From Antedon mediterranea (taxonomy: Eukaryota > Animalia > Echinodermata), in assembly GCF_964355755.1 (NCBI RefSeq), contig NC_092672.1:27906437-27970436 (forward strand): a stretch of 64,000 bases of DNA. Reading direction: 5' to 3'. Positions 12,501-26,800 of the stretch are shown here, one piece after another. Every line of letters starts with the position of its first letter. The first letter of the stretch is position 1. Under the pieces are notes generated by a model. That model did no database searches, was not told where the DNA came from, and was given only the letters and a program-made list of their open reading frames with translations. The translations under genes were made by a program, and so were the position numbers.

Positions 12501-15500
12501 GACACAGAGTCTGGCATCTGGCCATTCTCTTTTTCCCATGTAATACGTGGAGTAGGAGAACCAGCAAGCACTCTGCAATTAAACTCAACTGCAGATCCAA
12601 TGGCACGCATCAGACTGTATGGAACAACAGTAACTTTCGGAGGAACTGAAAGAAAAAAATTATAAAAAATGATACAGTAGCTGCGGCAGAGTGACATGGA
12701 AAACTCAAGAACGGATGCTCACAACACGCGGCACTGTATAAGTATTGCTTTGTGCATGCCCAGAACTTGTTTTTCCGTCGTGGCGGTGTTCGCTACACAG
12801 ATGACGTCGTTGTTGTACCACCTATCCAGTTGGCTGGTAACCAGACGCACACCTTTTTTTCCGTATCGCAATTTTCTTTAAAAAAATTATGTAATTTTAC
12901 TCTTCTCTGGTTGCAGTTGATATTACTGCCTTGACTCTGATTCTAGTATTTGGATATTTAATAACAAGAATTATAGTTCAACCATGAGGGCAGTCTTTTA
13001 TAATTTTTTTCCCTTAGGTTAAGATACTATAGAAAGAAGCGAAAAGTTTATTGACACTCTAGATCAAAGATAACATACCTAACACAGTGATGTCTGAGTA
13101 ACTACGGCTAGAACCAGCTGAGTTTGAACAAGTACAGATATAACGGCCAGTGTCATTGGCTGATGCAAAGTGTATGGTCAGTAATCCATAGTCACCAATT
13201 ATTGCTGTGTATGGTATAACACCACCCTCCTAAAGTGATAAAAAAAATACAATAATGCATGAAAATACATATAAACTTATTAAGTAATTTAAACCGTGTA
13301 TGGCATGATAGGATTTCTGAAGTAGGGAATGAATTGGTATCCGAATGATGAAATATTACAATTTAAATAAACCAACTTTTTCTTGGAAATTTTAATAACA
13401 AATAGGGGTAAAGTCTTGATAATAGAGGTAGGGCTTGAAACCAGGCCTTTGGATTGTTAAGTAAGCATAGAAAGACAAGAATGGTTCTCCCACACCACCG
13501 CAATCAATGGGACGCCTATGGATGTAAATCTCCTTTTGGAAATTTAGAAGGATCCATAGTACCATGAATTTGTGTCCACTTCTGTCTGTTAATGATGTAT
13601 GGTATCGAAATATATTCAATAAAATCGAAATGGAAAATCAAAAATGTAATAAGCAGGAACTCGTGGTATGTATTTTCTCCCATTATTTGCCCAACAAGAA
13701 GGATCAGCCCCTCATTGTAAGCATGTGAAACAAGATACATTGTCAAACTAATTTCTACAGGCTGTGTTTTAATGGTTAAATACCTTATCCCAGGTGTAAG
13801 TTAATGGACCTGTTCCCTGTTTTGCAACGCACTGCAGCTGGATTGACTCGCCTGCGATTAGCGTCTGAGAAGTGGGCATAACATCTGCTACAGGAGGAGC
13901 TGCAAAATAAACAAAAGATGCTTGTGAGGTCCATGCATAAAAATTGTAATAAAAAAAACAAAATAGGGATATATATCATTTGTTAACCCAACTTAATGAC
14001 CAAAACCACAGTTTACAATTTCCCTCTTCTCCATTCGATGCTACAATTTGTTGAAGATATATTTTCCCCTGAACATTTTTGTTGAATATGCCATTTTAAT
14101 GGTAGACAATAGTTATTCACTTGACCAAAAATTGGATTCTAAACTTATTATTTACCTGAAAAAACTATATTTTAACCTAAACAAATTTGTCAAGCCAATG
14201 GATTTTTTGGTTGAATATAATACGGAAGTAATTACCTTTATTAAAACTGCAAAAAGAAAGTCTTTTTTTCTTAAATTAATTTTCACTTGTTCATGTTTAT
14301 GGGGGACAGTACCACTTTAAACCGAGAGTAAAAAATGTCCAATATCACCTACCATAAACCACCAATGAAACAACATAACGTTCAAATCCTGATCTTGTCT
14401 CAATGACGCAGTAGTACTCTCCAGCATCTTCTGCTTGCGTGTTGTAAATTGTTAAGATGCCGTTACTAATCCCGTGCGATTCTGGCATATCTAAGCTAAC
14501 GCGCCGCCACATAACAGTATAAGATCCTGGCGCAGCACCTAAAATTATAAGAAAAAAATGAAATATTAAATGTTACACTATAATGCACAGTTCTTCCAAA
14601 CTGTGTGCTAAAGGCTACATTACAATTGTAAGATTGGGATTAAAGAATCATTATATAAATGTTTTTAATGGTAATTTATAATAAAATCAGTTACTTCAAA
14701 CATGAGGCAACTAATCTAAATTGTTTATGAAGACCAAAATTGTGTGTCCAATCACAACATTTAAATAGTTACACCAACTGACTATTGATAAACTTTTGGT
14801 TAAGAGGAAAAGGCAGTCACAACTATCATTAATACTTTTCCAAGCATTTTCTATATTCAATAGATTGCGTTCTTCAGCTATTTTCAACATTTCGAGTTCT
14901 ACCGATTGGGTTGAATATTTCATTGTGAAAACCCGAAATAACACGATTTTCTAACTTAGCAAGCTTTCATAAAAAAGACTTTATGTTATGGTTCGATTTT
15001 TGACAGATTGAGTTCTGTAACATATTCAACAGATTGAGTTCTGTATCTATATTTGCAAGATTGAGGTTGAGTTCTGTAGCTTTTTTCAACAGATTGAGTT
15101 ATGCAGCTATGTTCAATGGATTGAGTTCTGTAGCTATAAGGTAAAAAAGTTTTTCCCAGTTTCTCAACTTGACAGAAATGGCATACCTTCAATGCTGCAA
15201 CTGAATTGAGCAGCCTCTCCTTGTGTGATTCTTAAGTCAGTGGGTGTCACAACTACCTCACCATTTTGTTCACGAGGCAGAACTAAAGAAAACAAAAAAA
15301 AACATTGAAAATTAGTCTTGACTTTTCTTTTGACCTGTTTAATACCCAGAAGCTTATAAGTCTCAACCAAAAAACCGCAATGTTAGCATTACAGTGTGCT
15401 AATAAAATCAATTATTTGATTACAGTACATCTCTTTCTACCGAAATCCATCATCATTTCATACAGTAAAATTTTCAAATGATATTGTAACTTTCTCAATT

Positions 15501-18500
15501 ACAATCTATCTTTAGACGGGAATGAATTAAATGGAAGGATTCTATATTGTTTATTTACCCGAGACAACCAATTCTTTTTGTGCATATCCAGCAGCATTCT
15601 CTGCTCGGCACATGTACTGTCCAGCATCTGCATCCACAATGGATGATATCGACAACATAGCACTGCCTTGAGCAGATGAGATGGTCATTCCTGCTTCATT
15701 TGCCATCCTTGTGTATTGCCGTGTTCCATCATCCATCTTCATCCAGTGAATTGATGGAGTTGGTGATCCAGTACCAATGCACTCAAAGAGGGCCTCATCA
15801 CCTTGTCTATATTCTGCTGGGCTGTCTGGTGTGATGGACACTCGTGGGAGAGAGCCTGTTTGAAAGTATTTTTATGTTAAATACATTCTCTTCAAAACAT
15901 AAAGATATATGAGACAGTCTGGCCGAGTCTCCAAACCAAAGACTGTTTTATAATTTAACAGTCTGGCCGAGTCTCCAAACAAAAGACTGTTTTATAATTT
16001 AACAGCCTGGCCTAATAAATGTAGACTTGAAAACTGCAGTACGAAAGTCAAACATCAGATCACTATGGCCATCAAGACACTAAATCTAGCTTTAAAAGTA
16101 AAGGTAGGTTCTTGTCACACACACAAAAAACAGTATACAAAAAAAGCCACACAATCCTCCAAGCAGAAATGGAAGGTACTGTACATACACTTTTGCTGAA
16201 CATTTACCACTATTAACCTATAGATTAGAAGGACTTTATTATCTACTATACCTTGTAATGTTAATGTGAGACTGATAGAAACTTGGCCTGCAATATTTGA
16301 TGCTAAACAAATATATGTTCCTTGATCTTCTTGTCGAAGACTGTTAAAGCGAAGAACATCCCCAATAATCTGAATAAAAAACAGTAATATTTTTACGGTA
16401 CTGCTTAAAATTTATAAATGTACTGAAGTATAGCTAATTTTTTAGTGGTAACTGACATATTTTAAAACATATCAATTACAATTTCAAGAGACACTTACAT
16501 GTATGCCTCTCTTCGCTAAGGTGTACGAATGGCTACCTGGTTAGGTCAAAGTACCAACTTTGCTGATTACGGAAGTGTATGAAAGTTTTTTGCGGGGTAA
16601 TGTGAAAAAATTTGCGCTACATAAATGAATACATAACATTATTATTGGGCAATTAAAATTTGTCTTTATTTCACTTACTTCAGCTGATATGGGTTGTGTC
16701 CCTTCAGCATAACTCCATTCTACTTCCGGTGAAGGATCCCCGGCAGTTACACGACATTGAAATTGGGCATTATCACCAACTGCATAGACGGGTTGTATTT
16801 CGGGATAAATTTCAATTTGTGGAATTGAACGTCCTACAAATACAGTGGTTCAAAAAACATATGTATTAAAGAAATTCATCAGATTACCAGAAATTATGAA
16901 TAAATTATGTTTTAATTTTTTATAATCAAAATCTTACTTTGGATATCAATTTGGACGTAATCTCGATTGTAACCAACCAAATTCTCAGCAATACATGAGT
17001 AGTAGTCCCTATCCTCTGGTTGGGCATTTTGAATTGTTAGGAATACTCCATCTTCCTAATAAGGATGGAATAATTATCGATACAAATATTATATTTGTAC
17101 AGTCTGAGTTGCAGTTTTATCACAAAATCTGTTACTAAATGTTCAAGCAGTGATATACACACAAGAATAAGAAAAGAAAATTAAGTAAATAATTGTACAG
17201 TAAATATATTTCACAATTCAGCCATCTTTTTTATTGAATAAATACCATTATGAAAGGAAGAGCTAACTAGACAGCATGCTATCATATTATATAGTTAATG
17301 AAATAAAAATCAAATATTACAATACAATAATCAATTTTACAATATTTTTATATATACTGTTTTTATATATTATTTACAATTTTTAAAATAGTTTGTCTCG
17401 CTTGAATAAAAGCCTGCTCCCCTCTCACTTATCCTAAAAACTTTCCTAAACAATAAATGCCTCAGGAGGTCAAATAAATATGCTTTTATGAATGGATGTT
17501 CTGTTGAGTGTAGGAACGCTAGTTGATCATACCCAGTACCATTTTAATTTTATGTTCAAACAGGAAATCCCCTCACAAGAGGTCTGCTGAGAGCCCAGCT
17601 AAACATTTGGCTCTAATAATCAAGTTAAAATATGCATAGAAATAGTTGTTCTTCATCCCAGACAGAACACTACATGCAATAAACTTACCGAAATCCGATG
17701 ATTGCTGGTAAGTCCCAATCCTTTCTCCCATTGTATTGTCGGTTGTGGGTCACCAGTAACAAAACACTGCAAAACATACGGGCGTCCTTGCTGGATTGTT
17801 AGTATGTTATTGACAAACTGACGGTCTCGTATAATGGTAGCATTTGGAGCTACTCGGAAGTCTACAAAAGAAAAACAAGAACAAATTATTCTAATATTCA
17901 TACAGTAGGCCAACACTCCATTATTAGGAGAAATCAATTTAACAAAAAATTAATGATCAATCTCACTACGTATTTCAATTTGTGAATTAGTTTGCAAGAC
18001 ATTTGTTATGTACTGTTTTTCTATGGATATGATGTCCAAACACAGACAAATGGCTATACAAAATCTCGAGCGTACATCATCTGGGATATCCAATACCAAA
18101 TTTACTAGGCCTACTGTAGGCCTACCTGCAGGTTTATGGTATTCAGTAATAAACAATGGGTAATGTCAGACACCTTTCCAGTGCATTATAGCCTAGACAC
18201 GTAGGCCTAGGATAATTTTGTTAATAAAGTTGACTTTTTATCCACTAGGCCTAGGCTGGTGTTTCACAGACATTTGCATATAAAAAATCTTTTTAAAGTA
18301 AAGTCCTTTTTCACCTCGTGGGTGGAGACTCTCTATTGACACATTATTCATTGTTGCATGTGACATATCAATACAACAACAATATAAAACAATTGTCACA
18401 TGTGTGATTGACTTGGCAGTTGATGGATGGCTGTTAATTCGCGAAACAAAGCCCTAATACATGCTTTTGTTTAAATACTGGGCGTCATTATAAACAGTAC

Positions 18501-21500
18501 CAGCAGTGTTAATTGTGAGGCCTAAATCGTCCAGATTTTCGAAGGGAAATAACCAATTTTCGGGTAGGCGGTGATCTGCATTAAAAATCAGGGAAAATCG
18601 AAAAAAAAAAAACGCAAATTTTGGGGAACTTGGGACCTCTGAGATCACCGAAGTAGATAAACAACTTACCTTCCTTGACTAATAAATTACAAGTGGTGTA
18701 TCGAGAACCAGCAGCATTACGAGCTGTACATACATATTGTCCAGAATCTTCAGGTCTTACAGACTGAATGTACAGTGTGTTACCAGCCTCGAAAGCATTT
18801 TCGGGTAATGGAAGTCCATCAGCTCTTGACCACTCTATCGTTGTGGTTGACGGGTCAGAAACTGTGCATGTGAACTCTGCATTTTGACCAGCGTTAAATT
18901 GTAATTCTTGAGGTGTGATTTCAGGTGTTGGTAAACTAATTCCTAAAAAAAAATAATCAAAATAAGCAACCCAGGTGGAAAAATATGCAAATTAGACATA
19001 ACAAATTATAATTCTAATGTGTCCATTAAATAGGAGTTTACCATATTCTCAAACATATTGCCCATTGCCCATTTCATGGACATACGTGTCCTCTCACTAG
19101 GGGTGTTTCCCTGAACAGAGGTGTCAAAAAAGAGAGTTTACTATATTCTGTTTTCAGATTTTAAAAAAAGTGGAGGCATTCAACAACGTACCTGTGACAT
19201 CCAATCTTGCAACTGCCGACTTTGACCCTGCAATGTTTGATGCCTCGCATTGGTACGATCCTGCGTCATTAACCGACACGTACGGAAATCGTAGCATACC
19301 ATTTAAAATCAATGCAGAGTTAGTTATTTCTCCTCCTATTCGAGTCCATCGGAGTGTTGGTGTTGGTGATCCATTGGCACTGCATATAAAATCTACAGTG
19401 TTGCCTTCTGTTATTTGTCGGTATGTTGGACTTATGCGAACTTCTGGGGGCTCTGGTCCATCTATTGACAAAATATGAATAACACATTTATGTTCATACA
19501 GTACTTTCTCAGGAGCTAATCTCCATTCCTAGTCATAAATGTTGTAAGACTTCTAATTAAAAAATGTCATAGTAATTTATATAAATGGTAGTCAATAAAA
19601 AAAAGTCATGAAATAACATTAGCAAAACTCCATGATTGTTAATGGACATCACTATCAGTACAGACAGCATATTGGATGGATTAATACTAGTTTCCATTCG
19701 TCAAAATCATACTGTGTTTCTGAATGTGCACGTGGTTGATGTAACCTCTAGAGTTTTAATACAAATAGACTGCCAGCAGGGGTGTTGATGTGTAGGGATA
19801 AATCTGTGCTTTACAATTACAATTTATTTTCCTTTTATTCCTTCAACTATTGAGGGCAGTGATAGATATCATTTTTGTTCTCTTTGTTTTTTTGAGAAAT
19901 AGATTAATTTTGGACTTTGATTAATATTTAAAGTACAAAAAGCTATCTTAAGAACCTTACGTCACCTCATTCTGAGAGATGGAATCTAGTGACAACCACC
20001 TCAAACTCATGCCTCCTCACATGTCAGTCATATTCCACCAATGATAATTACCTGTAATTCTAAGGTTGACCATTGCTTTGTCCATTTCAAACATGTTAGA
20101 TCCAATACAAGCGTACACCCCTACGTCTGTTTGGTCGACATTCTCTATTATTAGGTCACCGTTTGGTAGTGATTCTGCTTTTGCTGGCAGAAAGCCAGAC
20201 TGCTTCATCCACGCCAATGTGTATGTAGTCTGAATAAACAAAAAAATAATAATCGTTATCTACATTTACTCTGCTTTATATTCAATTTAATTTGTATCAG
20301 TATGAAAAGGTATCTTTACATGCAGGTCAGTTAGGTATCTATAGGAACTTTCAATTTGTTATGGCCTAGGACTAGGACATGATAATATAGTTTGTGTATG
20401 TGTTTAAGTTTAGTTTATCATTTGGACCAAATTGTGTCTATTCTAGGTTCAGAGGATGGATGACCTTGGATTTTGCATCACAAACTTTAGTTTATCAGTG
20501 GACCAAATTGTGACTATTCTAGGTTTAGTGGATGGATGACTTTGGATTCTGTATCACAAACAGGCACATTTTAAATGTTTTGGGGTACACCATTTCGTGA
20601 TTGATTACTGCCCGACTTTGGATAAATGATGCAAGTCCTAGGTCCTACTAAATTGAAAGCTTCTTAATTACTGAAAGCAAGTGACAAATGGCGAGTGAAA
20701 TTAACTTTTAAAATAATAAGAAATAAGTCTACATTCTAACCTTGCTTTCTGCTCTACACATGAATCTAGCCGTCTCTCCAATCTTAAGTTCCAATACTCT
20801 TGGTTCCTCCACATACACACTGATATATGGTGCTGAATATAGAATATAATTAATAATTTTATCAATAAATGAGTAACCAAATCACAGTTAAATCTGTTAA
20901 CTCCAACTGGTTTTAACTGGAATGTTTTAGCTGGTTTTTCAACTCAAATTTTCTCCTGGGAATTGTTCCTTGACAAAATGTCTGATATACTTACAAACAA
21001 CGGTTAAAACACAAGATGCAAATCCGCTCTTTTCATTATTATAAGCTATGCATATGTATTCTCCTTCATCTTCTGGTTGGACATTGACAATCTGAGGTAA
21101 AACAAAAGGTGATGTTCAGATTAGTGTATAAACCTTGAAGTGGAAGTTTGGTTGTTGTATGGAGGTTGTAAGTCCTGGTAGTGCATGTGAAGATGCGCTT
21201 TGTAGTAAAGTTACATCAAACTTACTACAGACAATGTAGTCAAGTTTCAGTTGTAAATGTGCTACATCCGCGAAAACAAAAACTGTAAAGGCACCAGCAT
21301 AGTGTATAAGCAATTACTTCAAAGCTTGCATGTAAAGACATAATTGGTTATCCGCCTCAAGCGGATAAGCCCTTGTTATTGTAAGGATCTTTTTTTTTTT
21401 TTTTTTTCTTTATTCTTCTTTCTTTCCACGAATTTTGTTCGCAGCGTACCTCTAATTCTGGCCAACATAAAGTTGTATAACTTTGTCAAAAGATTGCTCT

Positions 21501-23828
21501 GTAGCTGTAGATGTGCAAGAAACTTTTTTTTTCGAATTTCGGGTCGCGCAGCGTAAGTTACGCGCGATTTTATAAATTTCAATGATTGATCATAGAGTAA
21601 AAACTAAAAGTTATTTTGTATTGAAACTTTGTGAACATTTAAGTCATATCATGCGCAAACTTTCTATGGATTAAAAATGGCATGTTTCACAAAAAGTTAC
21701 GCGCGCTCGCGCGTTTAAAATTTCAAAGTGCGAAAAATCAATTTCTAATCAACTTTCTACGCGATTCAAGTCATTTTAAGCGTTTAAAAAATTGCCACTG
21801 TTGCGCACCTTTTTATGCACGCACGGCGCAGGGAACACGTATGATCATTTCTTTTGCACGATTTGTGTTTTTAAATCTTTGGTTAACAATTTTACGTTAT
21901 TTTATTCACTATTCAACTTGAAATGGCGTTCTACGAGCACGTTAAACATGACAGGTTGCGCACAAAAACGTCAACAAATTGTGAAAATGTTGCAAAATAT
22001 GTCTACTTTTAAAAACGATACAGTTCATCAGAATGCAAGGTTACCCCCTTTTTTTATTTTATTTTCTTGCAGTGTATGAATCATAGGTCTGATTTATTAT
22101 AGTCTTGAATGTTAAAAAGTGTTTGATGACTACATTATTTGCATATTAAATGCAATTTTTGAAATAATTATCATCAAACAAACATAAACATATTCAATGA
22201 GCAAAACAATAAACGTAACGTTTATCTTTTTTCTGTACATGTTAATATATAAAACTTGAAAGTATGCACTTTCATAATATGTAACTGTTTAAAATTTGTG
22301 AAGATTTCATCATAGTAAAAATTATGATTTAAGTTCGATATGTAATAATCAACTTGTATCGAGGGGGTTCACGACATATCGAATGAACAAGACTCTTTAT
22401 TCGGATTTTCTTCAGCAGGTGCACATATGGATCGATGTTTAGTGCAACCGTCTTTGGTATCAGAGGTACCGGGTTCGAATCCAATCACGGGAAAACAATT
22501 AAATAAAAGGAATTGTTTGGTTATTACACTGAAAGGGCAGTTTTGATTTTGAATAGGCTACTTTTTGGAAAAGTCACAACTGAAAAGTACTTGAATGCGC
22601 AAGATACGTTTTGTTGCGGGCGTATAACCAAACTCGTCCTCCAGTGACGAGTTTAAGTTCTAGTTTATTTTTATTTTTACTTTAAAACAAATCTCCTGGA
22701 GAAGCCAGATAGCAACATAGCCGCTAAAGCAGCCTCACCCTTAAATAGTCACAAAGGCAAACAAAATTATACACAGATATTTACAGGCCATAGAGATCGC
22801 ACATTTCACTTGTAGCTACTTGTGATGGACCTTGTTTTGTAGCATCGTGTGGATGCTGATCAGGAGTAAAGTGCACGCTCAATTTCAGCTGACCGGGGTT
22901 CAATTAGACCGATCCCTGGTTAGCAATGAAGACGTATCCCCTTACTTCGGTTTGGTTTTTTTTTTTGGCATGGTTGGAATCCCTTTTATTGCATTAGTTT
23001 ATGTGCAGCATTAGGCGCTTTATAAATCCAGGATATAATTATTATTATTTAAGATACTTACTCTAAGGAAATTGTTGGAAAGCTGTTGAGCTCTACTTGA
23101 AAGAGGTCGAGTGTCAGCACGTCTCCAAACTACACTTGTCGCGCTACCAGTAACATAACATCTTAATGTAACTGACTCACTCTCAACACCACTAATACTA
23201 CTTGGTCTAATAGAAACTTCTGGGGCTGGGCCACCTAAAACAAAGTTATTGTTAGATTTTTTTCTGTTTTTGTTTGAATTTTCTTTGTAGTTTCAGATCA
23301 TCAAAGGAGCATGGTTTAGGTATGATTTTTTCTCTTGCCTATTTTGCTACCCCCTTTCACAACTCATTTCCTGAATATTATACACATATTAACACATTGC
23401 TTTCATTTAAATATGTTTGGTGACAGACCAAATCAAATCAATTATTTACAATATCTTGTAATGGTATCGGAAGAGTATTTCAATTAGAAATACATTTATA
23501 GAAAAGTAAATTGTCAAGATAAATATTTTAAAAATGTATTGCTATTGAATTATAGTTTAAAGATTGTCACTCAAAATGTTAAAAAAATAATATTAAACTT
23601 TTAATAGATTATATAGTAAAAAAAAATGGGTTTTTTTTCAAAAAATAACAAATACTATATATATATAAATCCAAAGGCAAATTACTGAAAAAAATGACAA
23701 TGCTGTAGGTATCAGTGGCTGGATCTCAATGGAGATACAAAAAAAAAGCGAACAGCTATATCAAAACGATAAAGTAAACAGCCAGAAAAGTTAGCAGAGC
23801 TTTCGGGCAACACTAGCTCTTCATCAGT

Positions 23829-23870
<42 letters not shown>

Positions 23871-26800
23871 ACAAAATGTACTGTTATTATTGCTCAGACA
23901 ATGGTCAACTATTGTTTTTCCAAGGGTACAATATCTTCTTTTAATATATTTGATATAATTTAGTAACTTACTTTGATCTAAAGTGCATTTGCCGTTGATA
24001 ACAGTTGGAGAACCAACATACCCGGGAGCACACCTAAAAAAAAGATAATCATTAATTTTAAAACTTGACTTGATTGGAGACTGAGGTAATATGTAGTTTA
24101 CCTGACGAAGAGAAGACCAGATTATTGTGTCTGATTGTTTGTTGAAATCAACAAACAATTCAAATATGTATAATATATTATACTAAATACTCTCTGACCT
24201 TTCATATCTGGTTGATCTATTGTATGTAGTTTATTGGAATAAGGAAACAATACAATATATGGAATTAAAATATTTTTAAAATAACCTCTGACCTTTCACA
24301 TCTGGTTCCCTGATAGCCAATTGGACAGGCTGTACATCGAAGATTATTCAGTGTATCAAGTTCACATATCGGTGAGAAGCTTAAAAAATAGACAACAATC
24401 ATAAAAATGTATTATAATTTATTTAATACAAAAAGTAAATTAAATTACTAACAATATGGCAATGCTGTTGATATCAGTGGCTAAATCTCAATAGAAATAA
24501 AAAAAAAAAATAGTAAAACAACCAGGAATAAATTGCAGAGAGTTCAGATACACTAATCATTCCTTCGTGGAAGTGAGAGTATTTTGAGGACAGAGAGTAA
24601 GAAAAGTAGAACGGTGATAGATGATACTCACTTATTCGATGGTTCAACAAGAGGACAAGCACACTGTTGGCATCCAATCGACGCATCACCATAGTAACCA
24701 GGTTTACAGAAATCACAGAAATCTCCGTACGTGTTGTCATGACAATTCTGTGTAAAATTATAATTAAAAAAAACTGAATCTATAATATTCAATAGCTTGG
24801 AAAGGTAATATCAAATGCGTTCACTAATCACTGGTAGGCTGCATTATATAAAAAGTATAACACTTACAAAGCAAACACCAGTCTCTGGGTCACATTCATT
24901 TGAATGACCATTGCATTCGCATGGCGCACAACGACCAAGATATAACCCATCGCCGGATCTGGTAAAGCCATAAGCACAATCCTATATAAATACAAATGAT
25001 TAAATTAAATTGTTACATATTTTTAGGCTATAGTTGAAATGGGCATCCACAAGCAAAATAAAGAAGATGTTCAGGAGGCCCAAAGGCATAGAAAAGTGGA
25101 CAGAAAAAGAATACCTTCTGTATGAGGTATTGCCATATAAAGGACAAAAGTCTACCAGGGGCTTAATATTGAACTCAAATCTAAGACCTGACTTACTGTA
25201 AGTCTAAAACCTGACTTAAGACCTTTATTTTAATACACCTCTGGTTCATACTAGAGGGGCCAAATTTTAAAATATATTAAGATTTCTGCACTACTTTCAG
25301 AAGTTTTTAGAAGTTGTCGATCTAAGTTACTACATCATACACATACATACCTCACATGACAATCCAATATAACCTGTCGGGCAGTAACATCTCTCAATTT
25401 CTGGAGCAAGACCAAATTCGCTACGCTCAAAAGCTGTATGTATAAAGTTTTAACAGATGATTAAGAAATTAATTAGGGTTCAAATAAGTACAAATTGCCA
25501 TTGCAAGTTATGTGCTGATATAGTTTTTAAAAAAGGACACACCCAATGTTTTTACAGTGTATTTAACCAAAATTAGTGTGAATTATTTATACTAGATGGT
25601 ACGCTCGCTTCGCTCGCGTACCATCTAGGTCGTGCCCACAGATGGTTCTCGAATACATAATAATTTCAGAGTTAAAAAACTGGCGATTTCAAATGTACGT
25701 ACCGCAGGACAATAATACATGTCGTTTACAGGAACGAATAAATAGACACTGTGATTTATGTACTGAACTAAAATTAGCACCCTGGGAATTACTTCCGAAA
25801 GAGAAACTTGTCACAAAATGAGACCAATATTGTTTAAGTCAAATTTAAACAAACTTAATTTGTGTTTTGTATGTAACATTAGTGTTGAGGGATGGGAAAG
25901 AGGATGAGTGCAAAGAGAAACAATTTTTAAATATATTCTTTATCCATGTAGTAACGAAATATTAATTGTTTTCATGTTTTACAAATAATATACCACTAAA
26001 CACAGTAAAACATTGCGATGTAATACTTTGTTGAAACCATCACCGTCCTAGTCGATTGGAATAGTATAGTACATGTAACGATACATCACTACGACGTGTA
26101 TAATATGTTTATATAATGTAAAACAATTTGTGAAAACCACCCCTATTCGTGGCAAATCATAAATTCGATTTAATCGTCAATAAATATTAAATTATCTAAC
26201 TCAACTTAATTAGTAGGGAAGGCCTAATGGTTTTCAATTGTTTCTTAGAGCCAATTCATACTTAAGTTGGTTCCTAACCCTACCCACCAAAGTTGTTCTG
26301 CGTTTAGGGCATGTGATGCACCGTAGGCCTATCCTCTACTGGCTTTACAATGCTACTCATGCCAGTGAGGGAAGGGTGATGATGTCACGTGGGTGGTTTA
26401 ACTGCAATAATAAAGATTTGTACATAATATACGGCGACTGAAAACGCTAGCTCATTATCCGTTAAAAAAAAATCTATATCCAACCTCTGCAGCACAGATT
26501 GAAAAAAAAATGGATCGAATTTCTGTTATGAGTATACAGTACTTGCCTTTACGACGCCTGAGGGAATAGACACTTGTGGAACAGAGATTGGAATGTTCCA
26601 TTCATTTCAAATCAATACATTTGCATAAACGTATATTAAATCTATCAAAATAGTACTTTTTAAAAAAAATCGGCCTGTCTTCAACATTATGATACTGTAC
26701 TCGAACTGTTCAACCGGTTTTCAGCTATTAAAAACAATTATTGTAGGAGGAGATAGGAAAATGCGAAGCCTCCTCGCATTTTTGTGGCGGGTATTTTTCA

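Noticed and set aside
22417-22492. Functional tRNA gene
   Set aside because: The B box is present but the acceptor and anticodon stems do not pair, and it lies inside a transposon.
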